Source of the DNA: Bacteroidota bacterium
GTDB taxonomy: Bacteria > Bacteroidota > Bacteroidia > Bacteroidales > VadinHA17
Length of the DNA: 50,551 nucleotides
Direction of reading: 5' to 3'
Assembly (NCBI GenBank): GCA_037143835.1
Contig: JBAWXY010000001.1
Coordinates: 1-50,551 of the forward strand
Below the pieces are notes generated by a model. It searched no databases. It saw nothing but the letters and a program-made list of their open reading frames with translations, and was not told the origin of the DNA. The position numbers and the translations under genes were made by a program. Positions 9,121 through 17,615 of this stretch are shown in pieces; within the stretch, counting starts at the first letter, position 1; each line of letters starts with the position of its first letter.

Positions 9121-10428
9121 ATGCCAAAAGTAACGAAAGAAGATGCGCTTCTCTATCATAGCAGAGGTCGCCACGGTAAAATTGAGGTGATCCCCACAAA
9201 ACCTTATAGTACTCAATTTGATCTCAGTCTGGCATATACCCCGGGAGTAGCATATCCGTGTCTTGAAATAGAAAAGACCCCTGAGGATGTTTACAATTAT
9301 ACTGCAAAGGGTAACCTTGTTGCCGTTATTTCGAATGGTACTGCAGTGCTTGGGCTTGGCGATATCGGAACAATGGCAGGGAAACCCGTAATGGAGGGAA
9401 AAGGGCTTTTGTTTAAGATATTTGCTGATGTTGATGTTTTCGATATTGAGGTTGATGAGAAAGATCCCAAGAAACTGATAGAATTTTGCAGACAAATAGC
9501 ACCCACTTTCGGAGGAATAAATCTTGAAGACATAAAAGCTCCAGAATGTTTTGAGGTGGAGACAGAGCTAAAAAAGATGCTTGATATCCCTGTATTTCAT
9601 GATGATCAGCATGGAACAGCAATTATCTCTTCAGCAGGTCTCATTAATTCTCTTGAAATAACAGGCAAAAAAATAGAGGACATCAAAGTAGTAGTATGCG
9701 GGGCAGGTGCAGCTGCAATATCATGTTCAAGATTATATGTTTCTCTGGGTGTGAAGAAGAAGAATATTGTAATGGTTGATTCAAAAGGAGTTATTAATAA
9801 AAAAAGGAAAGACCTTAATAAATATAAGCAGGAATTCATTACCGACAGGGACCTTGACACTCTGGCACAGGCTGTCAAAGATTCTGATCTTTTCCTTGGT
9901 CTCTCTGCTGCCAATATGATGACAAAAGAGATGCTGGCTACAATGGCAAATAACCCGATCGTTTTTGCAATGGCAAATCCCAACCCGGAAATCTCCTTCG
10001 AGGATGCAATGGCTACTCGGAATGACTTGATTTTTGCTACCGGAAGATCGGATTATCCTAACCAGATTAATAATGTGTTGGGATTCCCGTTCATCTTCCG
10101 TGGGGCACTTGATGTAAGAGCATCGACAATCAACGAGGAGATGAAGCTTGCTGCTTCAAAAGCTCTCGCTGCACTGACAAAAGAGCCAGTACCTGATTCA
10201 GTATTAAAAGCTTATAATGTCGATAAACTTAAATTCGGAAAAGATTATATTATTCCAAAACCCCTTGACCCAAGACTATTATCATGTGTGGCTCCGGCAG
10301 TTGCTAAAGCTGCAATGGATAGCGGTGTGGCAAAATATCCTATAAGTGATTGGGATGCATATAAGAAAAGTCTCGACAGAAGGCTCAGTGAGCACATAAA
10401 AAAGATAGGTGAATGTAATGGGGTATAA
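9121..10428 (+). CDS. NAD(P)-dependent malic enzyme (short form, no PTA-like domain)
   Basis: N-terminus ...ALLYHSRGRHGKIEV, then LSLAYTPGVA, VVVCGAGAAAISC Rossmann motif, and FANPNPEI. Length is 435 aa. Confidence 0.9.
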   Translation: MPKVTKEDALLYHSRGRHGKIEVIPTKPYSTQFDLSLAYTPGVAYPCLEIEKTPEDVYNYTAKGNLVAVISNGTAVLGLGDIGTMAGKPVMEGKGLLFKIFADVDVFDIEVDEKDPKKLIEFCRQIAPTFGGINLEDIKAPECFEVETELKKMLDIPVFHDDQHGTAIISSAGLINSLEITGKKIEDIKVVVCGAGAAAISCSRLYVSLGVKKKNIVMVDSKGVINKKRKDLNKYKQEFITDRDLDTLAQAVKDSDLFLGLSAANMMTKEMLATMANNPIVFAMANPNPEISFEDAMATRNDLIFATGRSDYPNQINNVLGFPFIFRGALDVRASTINEEMKLAASKALAALTKEPVPDSVLKAYNVDKLKFGKDYIIPKPLDPRLLSCVAPAVAKAAMDSGVAKYPISDWDAYKKSLDRRLSEHIKKIGECNGV

Positions 10429-10474
10429 AGGGATCAGGGAGCAGAAGGAAGGTAGTGTGATTAAACTGAAATAA

Positions 10475-11197
10475 TTAAAATTTCTGTGATTTGTTTTTCC
10501 TCTCGGTAATTTGTTGCCCGATCTTTTTCTCAAACATTGTTACAATAAGATCCGATATTCCCTGAATGGTGAATGAACTGCGGTTTATTGTTGAATCGAA
10601 CAGATAATCAATATTCAACGGTTTCTTATCAAGGAATGCCCTGATCAGATTGAATCTTTTTTCATCGGTATCAACAACATACTCCTCTGCAGTTTCTATA
10701 TCCATTCCCTTCTTTTTCATTACATTCTCAACCCTCCAGTAAAAGGGCGCAATAAGCCGGATATGAAGTGCATCGGTAATTTCATGGGCTATTGAGACAC
10801 CACCTCTTCCAACAAGAATAATATATCCCTCTTTACAAATAGAAAGGACAACATCTTTAATAGCTTTTTTTACCCTCAGATCGCTTACAAAACCATCTGA
10901 AAAAGCCATTATCATCTCCGAAATATTGGATAATTCAATTCCTTTATAGAAATTTTCAACACGCTGAGTATCTGTATTCAATTCCTTTGCTATGGCATAA
11001 ATAATATCCTTATCGACCCATCTCCATTTTGTTATACCATATTTACGGTTAAGGTCAACAACCAGAATAGCCGCTACCTGGCGGGCATCGCTTCCTGTTA
11101 ATCGTGAAAGTGTAATTACAGGACCATCATCAGCAGGAGGCTTATTTAATATAGACTCTCTGTACCGACCATCAAAATAATCAAAAAACTTTTCCAT
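10475..11197 (-). CDS. Cytidylate kinase-like family protein (function unknown)
   Basis: Track ORF 10475..11245. I start it at the ATG at 11197 (MEKFFDYFDGRY...). PVITLSRLTGSDARQVA sits where this family has its degenerate P-loop. Assigned by overall resemblance only. Confidence 0.6.
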   Translation of the reverse strand: MEKFFDYFDGRYRESILNKPPADDGPVITLSRLTGSDARQVAAILVVDLNRKYGITKWRWVDKDIIYAIAKELNTDTQRVENFYKGIELSNISEMIMAFSDGFVSDLRVKKAIKDVVLSICKEGYIILVGRGGVSIAHEITDALHIRLIAPFYWRVENVMKKKGMDIETAEEYVVDTDEKRFNLIRAFLDKKPLNIDYLFDSTINRSSFTIQGISDLIVTMFEKKIGQQITERKNKSQKF

Positions 11198-11488
11198 TTG
11201 ATTTGTCTCCTTTCCTGATAATTTAATTAAGATGCTGAAATACAAAGCGTATTATAACTTGTGAATGAATTACTTATCCCGTTAAATTGACGGATGAGAT
11301 ATGTTCAATCTCAAAGCAATTCCACAGGAATTATAAACGATATAAATTACGAAAAAAAAATGAATCCTGAATTTTTTTTTATCGTGATATTCTTTATATT
11401 CATTATAATAATAATTTTAACTGCCAATCGTTCCATAACTATCCAAAATGGTCCGATTTTTGAGGATCAGTAGATTAATTAACTTTAA

Positions 11489-12031
11489 ATGAAATCATCT
11501 CTGAAAAAAATATTTCTTATTGTTCTATTGGTCTTGTTAATAACAGGATGCAAAAAGAATTATATCATCAGCGATAAGCAGGCAATCCTGTTTCAGCTTG
11601 AATATGTCAATTATGCCTGGGGTTATCAGCACAATGGCTTTATTATCGACAATGAAGGTAATGTTATGACATATAGTAATCCTGAAGATTGGAATTTTCC
11701 TGACAATGACTTTACTCTTAGTGAAAGCCAGGTTGCTGAAAACATTAATAAATGCATACAAACCGGCAAAAATATCCCAAAAGAAGAGCTTCAGAAATAT
11801 ACAAATTACATTAAAAACATCGCTTCAAGCAAGATAACTGCTTTAAAAAATGTAGCAGCAGATGCAGGATCATTAGAGTTTATCTGCTACCAGTTTTCTG
11901 AGAGCACCGGAACTTATAAAGGTTACCTTATTAAAAGGGAAGGTGATTTTACCTGCGAAAACCTGAATTTCTATTCCAAGAAAGTTGCCGCATGGATGAG
12001 AGATATCGGTAACAGTATTGCCGAAAATTAA
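11489..12031 (+). CDS. Hypothetical lipoprotein
   Basis: Signal peptide with lipobox LLITGC. 180 aa, no motif I recognise. Confidence 0.6.
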   Translation: MKSSLKKIFLIVLLVLLITGCKKNYIISDKQAILFQLEYVNYAWGYQHNGFIIDNEGNVMTYSNPEDWNFPDNDFTLSESQVAENINKCIQTGKNIPKEELQKYTNYIKNIASSKITALKNVAADAGSLEFICYQFSESTGTYKGYLIKREGDFTCENLNFYSKKVAAWMRDIGNSIAEN

Positions 12032-12171
12032 ACCATCTTCTTTCCCCGTAGTAACTTCCGATCCAAATAAAAAAATGGCTCACAGGATTTATTTTTGAGT
12101 TTTCTGCTGTTTTTATTATATCTTTACTTCATTCAAAACAATTTTTCCGCTAATAATTTAAACTATTCGTT

Positions 12172-12624
12172 ATGATTGCAAACATTTTTTCCAGGCCTGA
12201 ACTATTTTGGTTCCTTATAGGCCTGGTTCTGTTTCTGCTCGAATTGGTCATTCCCGGTTTTTTCATTTTTTTCTTCGGCCTGGGAGCATGGATTACTGCT
12301 CTGGTTTGTCTGATTGGGGAACCCGGAACCAATCTGCAAATAATAATTTTCGCTTTAACTTCCGTTCTTTCTCTCATTGCACTCAGAAGAATTATTCAGG
12401 AGAAATTCTTCTACAGCAAGGGAAACCTGTCTGATGAGGTTGAGGATGAGTTTACAGGAAAAGAGGCTCTGGCTACAACCGATATTGGTCCTGACAAGAA
12501 AGGAAAAATCGAGTTCAAAGGCACAACCTGGAAAGCTGAATCTAAATCAGAAATTAAAGAAGGACAAACAGCTATCATCATTGAAAAAGAGAATTTTACA
12601 TTAATAGTTAAACCTAAAAAATAA
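12172..12624 (+). CDS. NfeD family membrane protein
   Basis: Two to three N-terminal TM segments plus a C-terminal OB-fold-like GKIEFKGTTWKAES. It is 5 nt upstream of the SPFH gene, the classic NfeD-SPFH pairing. Confidence 0.8.
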   Translation: MIANIFSRPELFWFLIGLVLFLLELVIPGFFIFFFGLGAWITALVCLIGEPGTNLQIIIFALTSVLSLIALRRIIQEKFFYSKGNLSDEVEDEFTGKEALATTDIGPDKKGKIEFKGTTWKAESKSEIKEGQTAIIIEKENFTLIVKPKK

Positions 12625-12629
12625 TTAAA

Positions 12630-13568
12630 ATGGAAGGATCCAGCTCTACTTTTATTCTTATTGGGGTAATCTTTTTAGGATTTATCCTGATTGCATCTAT
12701 GATTAAAATTGTTCCCCAGAGAACAGCAATAATCGTTGAAAGACTCGGAAAATACAGGGCAACCTTTACAGCAGGTTTCCAGATACTTATCCCTTTTATC
12801 GATAAAGTAAGGTACAGACACACGCTTAAAGAACAGGCAATTGATGTCGCACCACAGATATGTATCACACGCGATAATATCGCAGTTGAGGTTGACGGTA
12901 TCCTTTACCTTCAGGTTCTGGATCCTCAAAAAGCTTCATATGGAATTGATAATTACAGATTTGCTTCAATACAGATAGCCCAGACAACAATGAGGAGCGT
13001 TATTGGCAAGCTCGAACTTGACAGAACATTTGAAGAACGTGAAACAATTAACGTATCTATTGTTGAAGCTGTTGATAAAGCCAGTGAGCCATGGGGTGTT
13101 AAAGTATCCCGTTACGAGGTTAAAAATATTTCTCCTCCTCAGAGCATTAAAGATGCTATGGAAAAACAGATGAGGGCTGAAAGGGAGAAGAGAGCTGTTA
13201 TTGCTGAATCGGAAGGAACAAAACAGGCTAAGATAAATAATGCAGAAGGCGACAAGCAGGAGTTGATTAAAAAATCTGAAGGCGAGATGCAGAAGCGTAT
13301 CAACGAGGCTGCAGGACGTGCTTCAGAGATCGAACAACTTGCAAAGGCAACCGCTAATGGCTTAAGAGCAATATCTTCAGCTATATCTGAAGAAAACGGT
13401 TTAAATGCCGTTAACCTGAGGATAGCTGAACAATATCTTATGGAGTTTGGAAAGCTGGCCAAGATTAATAACACATTAATAATTCCGTCGAATCTTACTG
13501 ACATCGCAGGCATTATTGCAACTGCCACTTCGGTGTTCAATGAGACGAAGGATAAGAAGATTAAATAG
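12630..13568 (+). CDS. SPFH/band 7 (stomatin/paraslipin-like) protein
   Basis: N-terminal TM segment, IVPQRTAIIVERLGKY start of the SPFH domain, and a coiled-coil E/K/A-rich C-terminal part. Confidence 0.85.
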   Translation: MEGSSSTFILIGVIFLGFILIASMIKIVPQRTAIIVERLGKYRATFTAGFQILIPFIDKVRYRHTLKEQAIDVAPQICITRDNIAVEVDGILYLQVLDPQKASYGIDNYRFASIQIAQTTMRSVIGKLELDRTFEERETINVSIVEAVDKASEPWGVKVSRYEVKNISPPQSIKDAMEKQMRAEREKRAVIAESEGTKQAKINNAEGDKQELIKKSEGEMQKRINEAAGRASEIEQLAKATANGLRAISSAISEENGLNAVNLRIAEQYLMEFGKLAKINNTLIIPSNLTDIAGIIATATSVFNETKDKKIK

Positions 13569-13604
13569 AAATAAGTTGAAATAAATTGAAATTTTAGTAC
13601 CACC

Positions 13605-13634
13605 AGGCGAAGTTTTTAAACTTCGCCTTTTTTA
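13605..13634 (+). terminator. Intrinsic terminator after the SPFH gene
   Basis: aggcgaagttt / aaacttcgcct perfect 11-bp arms (13605-13615 and 13618-13628) followed by ttttttatt. It sits between the convergent SPFH and GRE genes. The T-run favours the plus direction. Confidence 0.8.
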
Positions 13635-13646
13635 TTACTTTAAACA

Positions 13647-13670
13647 ACGAGCTATGAGCCACGAGCTACC
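13647..13670. repeat. Heptamer tandem repeat ACGAGCT ATGAGCC ACGAGCT ACC
   Basis: 7-nt periodicity read directly. It abuts the GRE stop codon (13673-13675). The unit (GAGCTAC) resembles those at 7925 and 17337. Confidence 0.55.
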
Positions 13671-13672
13671 AA

Positions 13673-16045
13673 CTATAACACCTCTTCATGCTCTGTCCTG
13701 TTGATGATCTCATTCTGAAGATCCTCACCAAGATCATTAAAATAATCACTATACCCTGCTACCCGCACAATTAAATCACGATATAGCTCGGGATGCTTTT
13801 GTGCATCCTTCAGAGTTTCTGCATTTACCACATTAAACTGGATATGATGACCATCGAGACTGAAATAGCTGCGTATCAAGGCTGTAAGGCAATCATAGCT
13901 ATCTTCATCTTCAAAAAACTGTGGTGAGAATTTCTGATTAAGAAGTGTACCTCCTGTACGCAGGTGATCGATTTTTGAAGCAGACTTAATGACCGATGTT
14001 GGTCCTTGTTTGTCAACTCCCTGGCTGGGTGATATACCTTCTGACAGTGGTTTATGTGCTTTCCGGCCATCAGGAGTTGCGCCGATTACACTTCCAAAAT
14101 AGACATGTGAGGTTGTTGGCAGCATATTAATCCGGTGGACTCCTCCTCTTGATGTTGGTCGGCCATTCACGGCATCATAATAGATCTCAAAAACAGCTAC
14201 TGCCTGCTGATCGGCATAATCATCATCGTTTCCGAATTTCGGAGTGTTATAGATCATCTCATACTGAACCTGTTCATATCCGTTAAAATCGGCATCGAGT
14301 GCTTTTGTTAACTCTTCCCATCCGAACTTCTTATTATCAAAAATATTATACCGGATTGACGTCAGCATATCTGTGATACTGCCAAGACCAACACCCTGTA
14401 TATATGATGTATTGTATCTTGCACCTCCTCCGTTATAATCTTTGCCGCTGGCAATACAATCTTCAACAAGTAACGATAAAAACGGGACAGGCAGCCAGCT
14501 TGCGAATGTTTTCTCAATCACATTATTGCCTCTTATCTTTATGTCAACAAAGTAGTTAACCTGCAACTTAAAAGCTTTCATAAGATCTTCAAAACTCTTA
14601 TACTCATGAGCATAACCTGTCTCTAATCCTATAAGCTTGTTTGTCCTTTTATCAAATCCGTTATTCAATGTGAGCTCCAGAACTTTTGGCAGGTTGAAAT
14701 AACCTGTCAGCCAGGATGCCTCTGTTCCAAAAGCTCCGGTCTCTACACATCCTGAAGCACCACCATTACGTGCATCAACGATACTTTTTCCCTGTCTCAA
14801 CATCTCCTGGATTATTGCGTCGGTATTAAAGCATGAGGGTTGTCCGAAGCCGGTTCTGATTATATCAAGGGCTTTGTGTATGAACCTGTCGGGGCTTTTT
14901 TTGCTAATCTGTACCATCGAACCGGGCTGAAGTATCCGCATCTCCTTAATAACATTAAGAAGAATATATGATATTTCATTAACTGCGTCAGTACCATCGG
15001 GTTTGACACCGCCAAGATTGATAAGACAGAAGTCTGTGTAAGTATTGCTTTCGCTGGCCGTGACACCCATTTTTGGTGGTGAAGGATGGTTATTGAACTT
15101 TACCCAAAAGCAACAGAGAAGATCATACAATTCATCTGTGGAAAGTGAGCCTGCCTCCATCTCCTTTTTATATACGGGATAAAGATGCTGGTCAAGTCTG
15201 CCCGGATTGAAGGAGTCCCAGGGATTGAGTTCTGTTATAACTCCCAGATGAATGAACCAATAATGTTGAAGCATTTCGTGAACGGTTTCCGGAGCATTTG
15301 CAGGTACCTTCCGGCATACAGCTGCCATCTTTAACAGCTCGTTCTTCCTATCAGAATTCTTTTCATTTGCAGCAAGTTTTTCCAGTTCATCTGCATGACG
15401 GTTCGCATACATTATTATAGTATCGCATGCTATATCCATTGCTTTAAGCTCTTCAAACTTTTCAAAAGCCTGTGTGTCAATATAAAAATCGAGAGCTGAA
15501 ACGGATTCTTTTATTTCTTCCTTTAGTTTAAGAAATCCTGTCGTGAACATCTTGTAACCCAATACAGTATGTCCTGGTGCACGCTGTTCCTGGAATTCAG
15601 TGAACAGGCCGGCTTTGTATGCATTCATCCATTCATGAGTCATAAGGCTCATTATCCTGTCGCGGTTACTCTTTCCTTTCCAGAAAGGGATAATCTCTTT
15701 CTCATAAATGTTTTTCACCTCTTCATCAACCCTGAAGAAGACCTTTTCCCTTGAGTTAAGTATTTCCAGATCAATCATGGAATGAAGGCTTATCTCCGGG
15801 TAAGTCGGGGTCTCCTTGGGTGCAGACCCCCTCTCTCCCACTATCAGTTCCCCTTCATTGATACATATCTTCTTATTTTTCAGAAGATATTCGAAGGCTT
15901 TTGCCCTTTTCAACGGAGCTGACAATTCACGGGCTTCATCGCTCTTATAAAACTGAGTCATCAGCAATGCTCTTTCTGCACTGATTTTTTCGACTGCATT
16001 AAGACTCTGCTCTCTTAATTGTTTGACTCTTGCTGATATTTTCAT
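13673..16045 (-). CDS. hypD: Glycyl radical enzyme, trans-4-hydroxy-L-proline dehydratase (HypD)-like
   Basis: 790 aa. C-terminal glycyl radical motif LIVRVAGYSDYF, thiyl loop GGASGCVETG, and blocks I recall from HypD (RAPGHTV, NPGRLDQHL, WVKFNN, TYTDF, MLPTT.H.YFG, GGTLLNQ). The GRE call is firm. The substrate call relies on my memory of the C. difficile sequence. Confidence 0.7.
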   Translation of the reverse strand: MKISARVKQLREQSLNAVEKISAERALLMTQFYKSDEARELSAPLKRAKAFEYLLKNKKICINEGELIVGERGSAPKETPTYPEISLHSMIDLEILNSREKVFFRVDEEVKNIYEKEIIPFWKGKSNRDRIMSLMTHEWMNAYKAGLFTEFQEQRAPGHTVLGYKMFTTGFLKLKEEIKESVSALDFYIDTQAFEKFEELKAMDIACDTIIMYANRHADELEKLAANEKNSDRKNELLKMAAVCRKVPANAPETVHEMLQHYWFIHLGVITELNPWDSFNPGRLDQHLYPVYKKEMEAGSLSTDELYDLLCCFWVKFNNHPSPPKMGVTASESNTYTDFCLINLGGVKPDGTDAVNEISYILLNVIKEMRILQPGSMVQISKKSPDRFIHKALDIIRTGFGQPSCFNTDAIIQEMLRQGKSIVDARNGGASGCVETGAFGTEASWLTGYFNLPKVLELTLNNGFDKRTNKLIGLETGYAHEYKSFEDLMKAFKLQVNYFVDIKIRGNNVIEKTFASWLPVPFLSLLVEDCIASGKDYNGGGARYNTSYIQGVGLGSITDMLTSIRYNIFDNKKFGWEELTKALDADFNGYEQVQYEMIYNTPKFGNDDDYADQQAVAVFEIYYDAVNGRPTSRGGVHRINMLPTTSHVYFGSVIGATPDGRKAHKPLSEGISPSQGVDKQGPTSVIKSASKIDHLRTGGTLLNQKFSPQFFEDEDSYDCLTALIRSYFSLDGHHIQFNVVNAETLKDAQKHPELYRDLIVRVAGYSDYFNDLGEDLQNEIINRTEHEEVL

Positions 16046-16090
16046 TGTACGCTTAATTATTATCTTAACCTTCCTTTTCTGTCAGGTTGT

Positions 16091-16891
16091 TTATCCACCA
16101 ATTTTAACTTTGACCTCAACTTCGAGGAAAAATTCTTTAAGATCCTGTATTTTCCCTTTTGCAGGCGGTTCCACATTACCCATTCTGTAGGGAATATTAA
16201 ATCTTTTATATTTTGATGACCCGATTTTATGGAAAGGCAGAAGGTTTATCTTTTTAAGAGATTCGGTTTTCGTTGATAGAAGAAACTGTTTAAGTTTTTT
16301 TAGATGGTCAGGATCATCATTAAAACCAGGAATAACAGGAACTCTTACCATTATATCTTTCCTACTTTCAAGAAGAAGCCGGTAATTATCAAGTATACCG
16401 ATATTGGAAACCCCGGTTAATTCAATATGCCGGGCTTCATCCAGGTGCTTGATGTCGAAGAGGAAAAGGTCAGTAACGGGAATTATTGATTTATAGTTTT
16501 CAGAAGATGAATAACCTGAAGTATCAACTGCTGTATGATAACCATTTTCCTTACAGGCTTTTAACGCCTCAAACAAAAATTCAAACTGAAGCATTGGCTC
16601 ACCGCCTGAGAATGTGACACCCCCGTTTGACTGATTAATGAAAACCCTCTCTTTTTCAAGTATCTTAAGTACATCTTCAACTGAATAGTATTTCCCGACT
16701 TCCTCACTGTTACTGAACTCTCTTTCGCCTACTTTATCAGACTTGATCACATTTTCAGGAAAAGGAGATATTCCTTCCGGATTATGGCACCACATACAGT
16801 TAAGAGGACATCCTTTCATGAAGAATGTTACCCTTATCCCCGGGCCATCGTGAATTGAATATCTTTTAACGCTGAAAATGAGTCCCTTCAT
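16091..16891 (-). CDS. Glycyl-radical enzyme activating protein (radical SAM)
   Basis: Track ORF 16091..17158. I start it at the ATG at 16891 (MKGLIFSVKRYSIHDGPGIRVTFFMKGCPLNCMWCHNPE), the canonical activase N-terminus with CX3CX2C. The 89 upstream codons are low-complexity. The gene is 45 nt upstream of the GRE. Confidence 0.85.
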   Translation of the reverse strand: MKGLIFSVKRYSIHDGPGIRVTFFMKGCPLNCMWCHNPEGISPFPENVIKSDKVGEREFSNSEEVGKYYSVEDVLKILEKERVFINQSNGGVTFSGGEPMLQFEFLFEALKACKENGYHTAVDTSGYSSSENYKSIIPVTDLFLFDIKHLDEARHIELTGVSNIGILDNYRLLLESRKDIMVRVPVIPGFNDDPDHLKKLKQFLLSTKTESLKKINLLPFHKIGSSKYKRFNIPYRMGNVEPPAKGKIQDLKEFFLEVEVKVKIGG

Positions 16892-17336
16892 ATAAAAGGT
16901 GTAAGGCTGAATTGGAAATCGTGAATAAAAACAGGAATTACTATTCTGAGGGTTCAGAAAGAGAAAAATGTTCAGAAGCTGTAGAACATCAGACAACTGT
17001 AAAGCCTTCTGCCAAGGCGTTGCATCATAAAACGATATTTCAGTTTTGCGATCATCATAATTCAATGATGGGTGCAAGTTAAATAATTTTTTAACAGGGT
17101 ATATCAGTAATAATAAATTCAAATGATTGTCGTTATTTGGATTTGACAGCACAAACATCCTTCTTACATCATAAAGTCATAACCAAAGTCAGGAATAAAG
17201 TATGTGAACTAAGATCTCATGAATATATTATATACCTGAATATCTTACACATACAATATTTTAACAAATGATTAACAAATCATTAACCAAGAACCCTGCA
17301 ACATTTTGAGTTTATCTACGTCTATATATCAAAGAA

Positions 17337-17359
17337 AGGCAACAGGCAACAGGCAACAG
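17337..17359. repeat. (AGGCAAC)x3 perfect heptamer tandem repeat
   Basis: aggcaac aggcaac aggcaac ag, followed by an A-rich run. It lies inside the 724-bp gene-free gap. Confidence 0.7.
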
Positions 17360-17499
17360 AAAAAAAGAAAACTATATTTTGGACATTATATGTTTTATAG
17401 AATTATAAAGGCAGACATGAAAATTTTAATTTAACGACAATTTTTTACTTCTCTACAAATGCCATTCGGCATATTCTACGATCAGGTTTAGGTAAATCA

Positions 17500-17536
17500 G
17501 GGAAAGACATCACACGGTGTCTTTCCTTTCTTTTTT
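17500..17536 (+). terminator. Orphan intrinsic terminator (candidate sRNA 3' end or attenuator upstream of dcp)
   Basis: Stem ggaaagacatc (17501-17511) / ggtgtctttcc (17516-17526), 11 bp with one G-U pair. Loop acac, then tttcttttttaa. No plus-strand gene lies upstream. The dcp ATG is 80 nt downstream. Confidence 0.65.
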
Positions 17537-17615
17537 AAGATTAAAATCATATTTTTTTGTTTTCATTTTTTGTATTTTGCGCTCAGATAACCAACCCTAA
17601 ACCAAAAATTCAAAT

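Noticed and set aside
9121-10428. Malic enzyme considered as a truncated pseudogene, since many Bacteroidota NADP-malic enzymes are about 760 aa with a PTA-like domain
   Set aside because: The ORF ends cleanly after a complete malic-enzyme fold, and only 46 nt separate it from the convergent neighbour. No PTA-like remnant appears in any frame, which is consistent with the genuine short-form enzyme class.
16968-17030. 20-codon Cys-containing plus-strand ORF (MFRSCRTSDNCKAFCQGVAS) next to a radical SAM gene, considered as a RiPP precursor
   Set aside because: The adjacent radical SAM enzyme is a GRE activase, not a RiPP maturase. The ORF is on the opposite strand within the activase promoter region, there are no transporter or protease partners, and it is too short to assess.
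16892-17158. 89-codon N-terminal extension of the activase ORF in the track
   Set aside because: The extension (MFVLSNPNNDNHLNLLLLIYP...) is low-complexity. The canonical activase N-terminus MKGLIFSVKRYSIHDGPGIR begins at the ATG at 16891. The open frame upstream is most likely chance.
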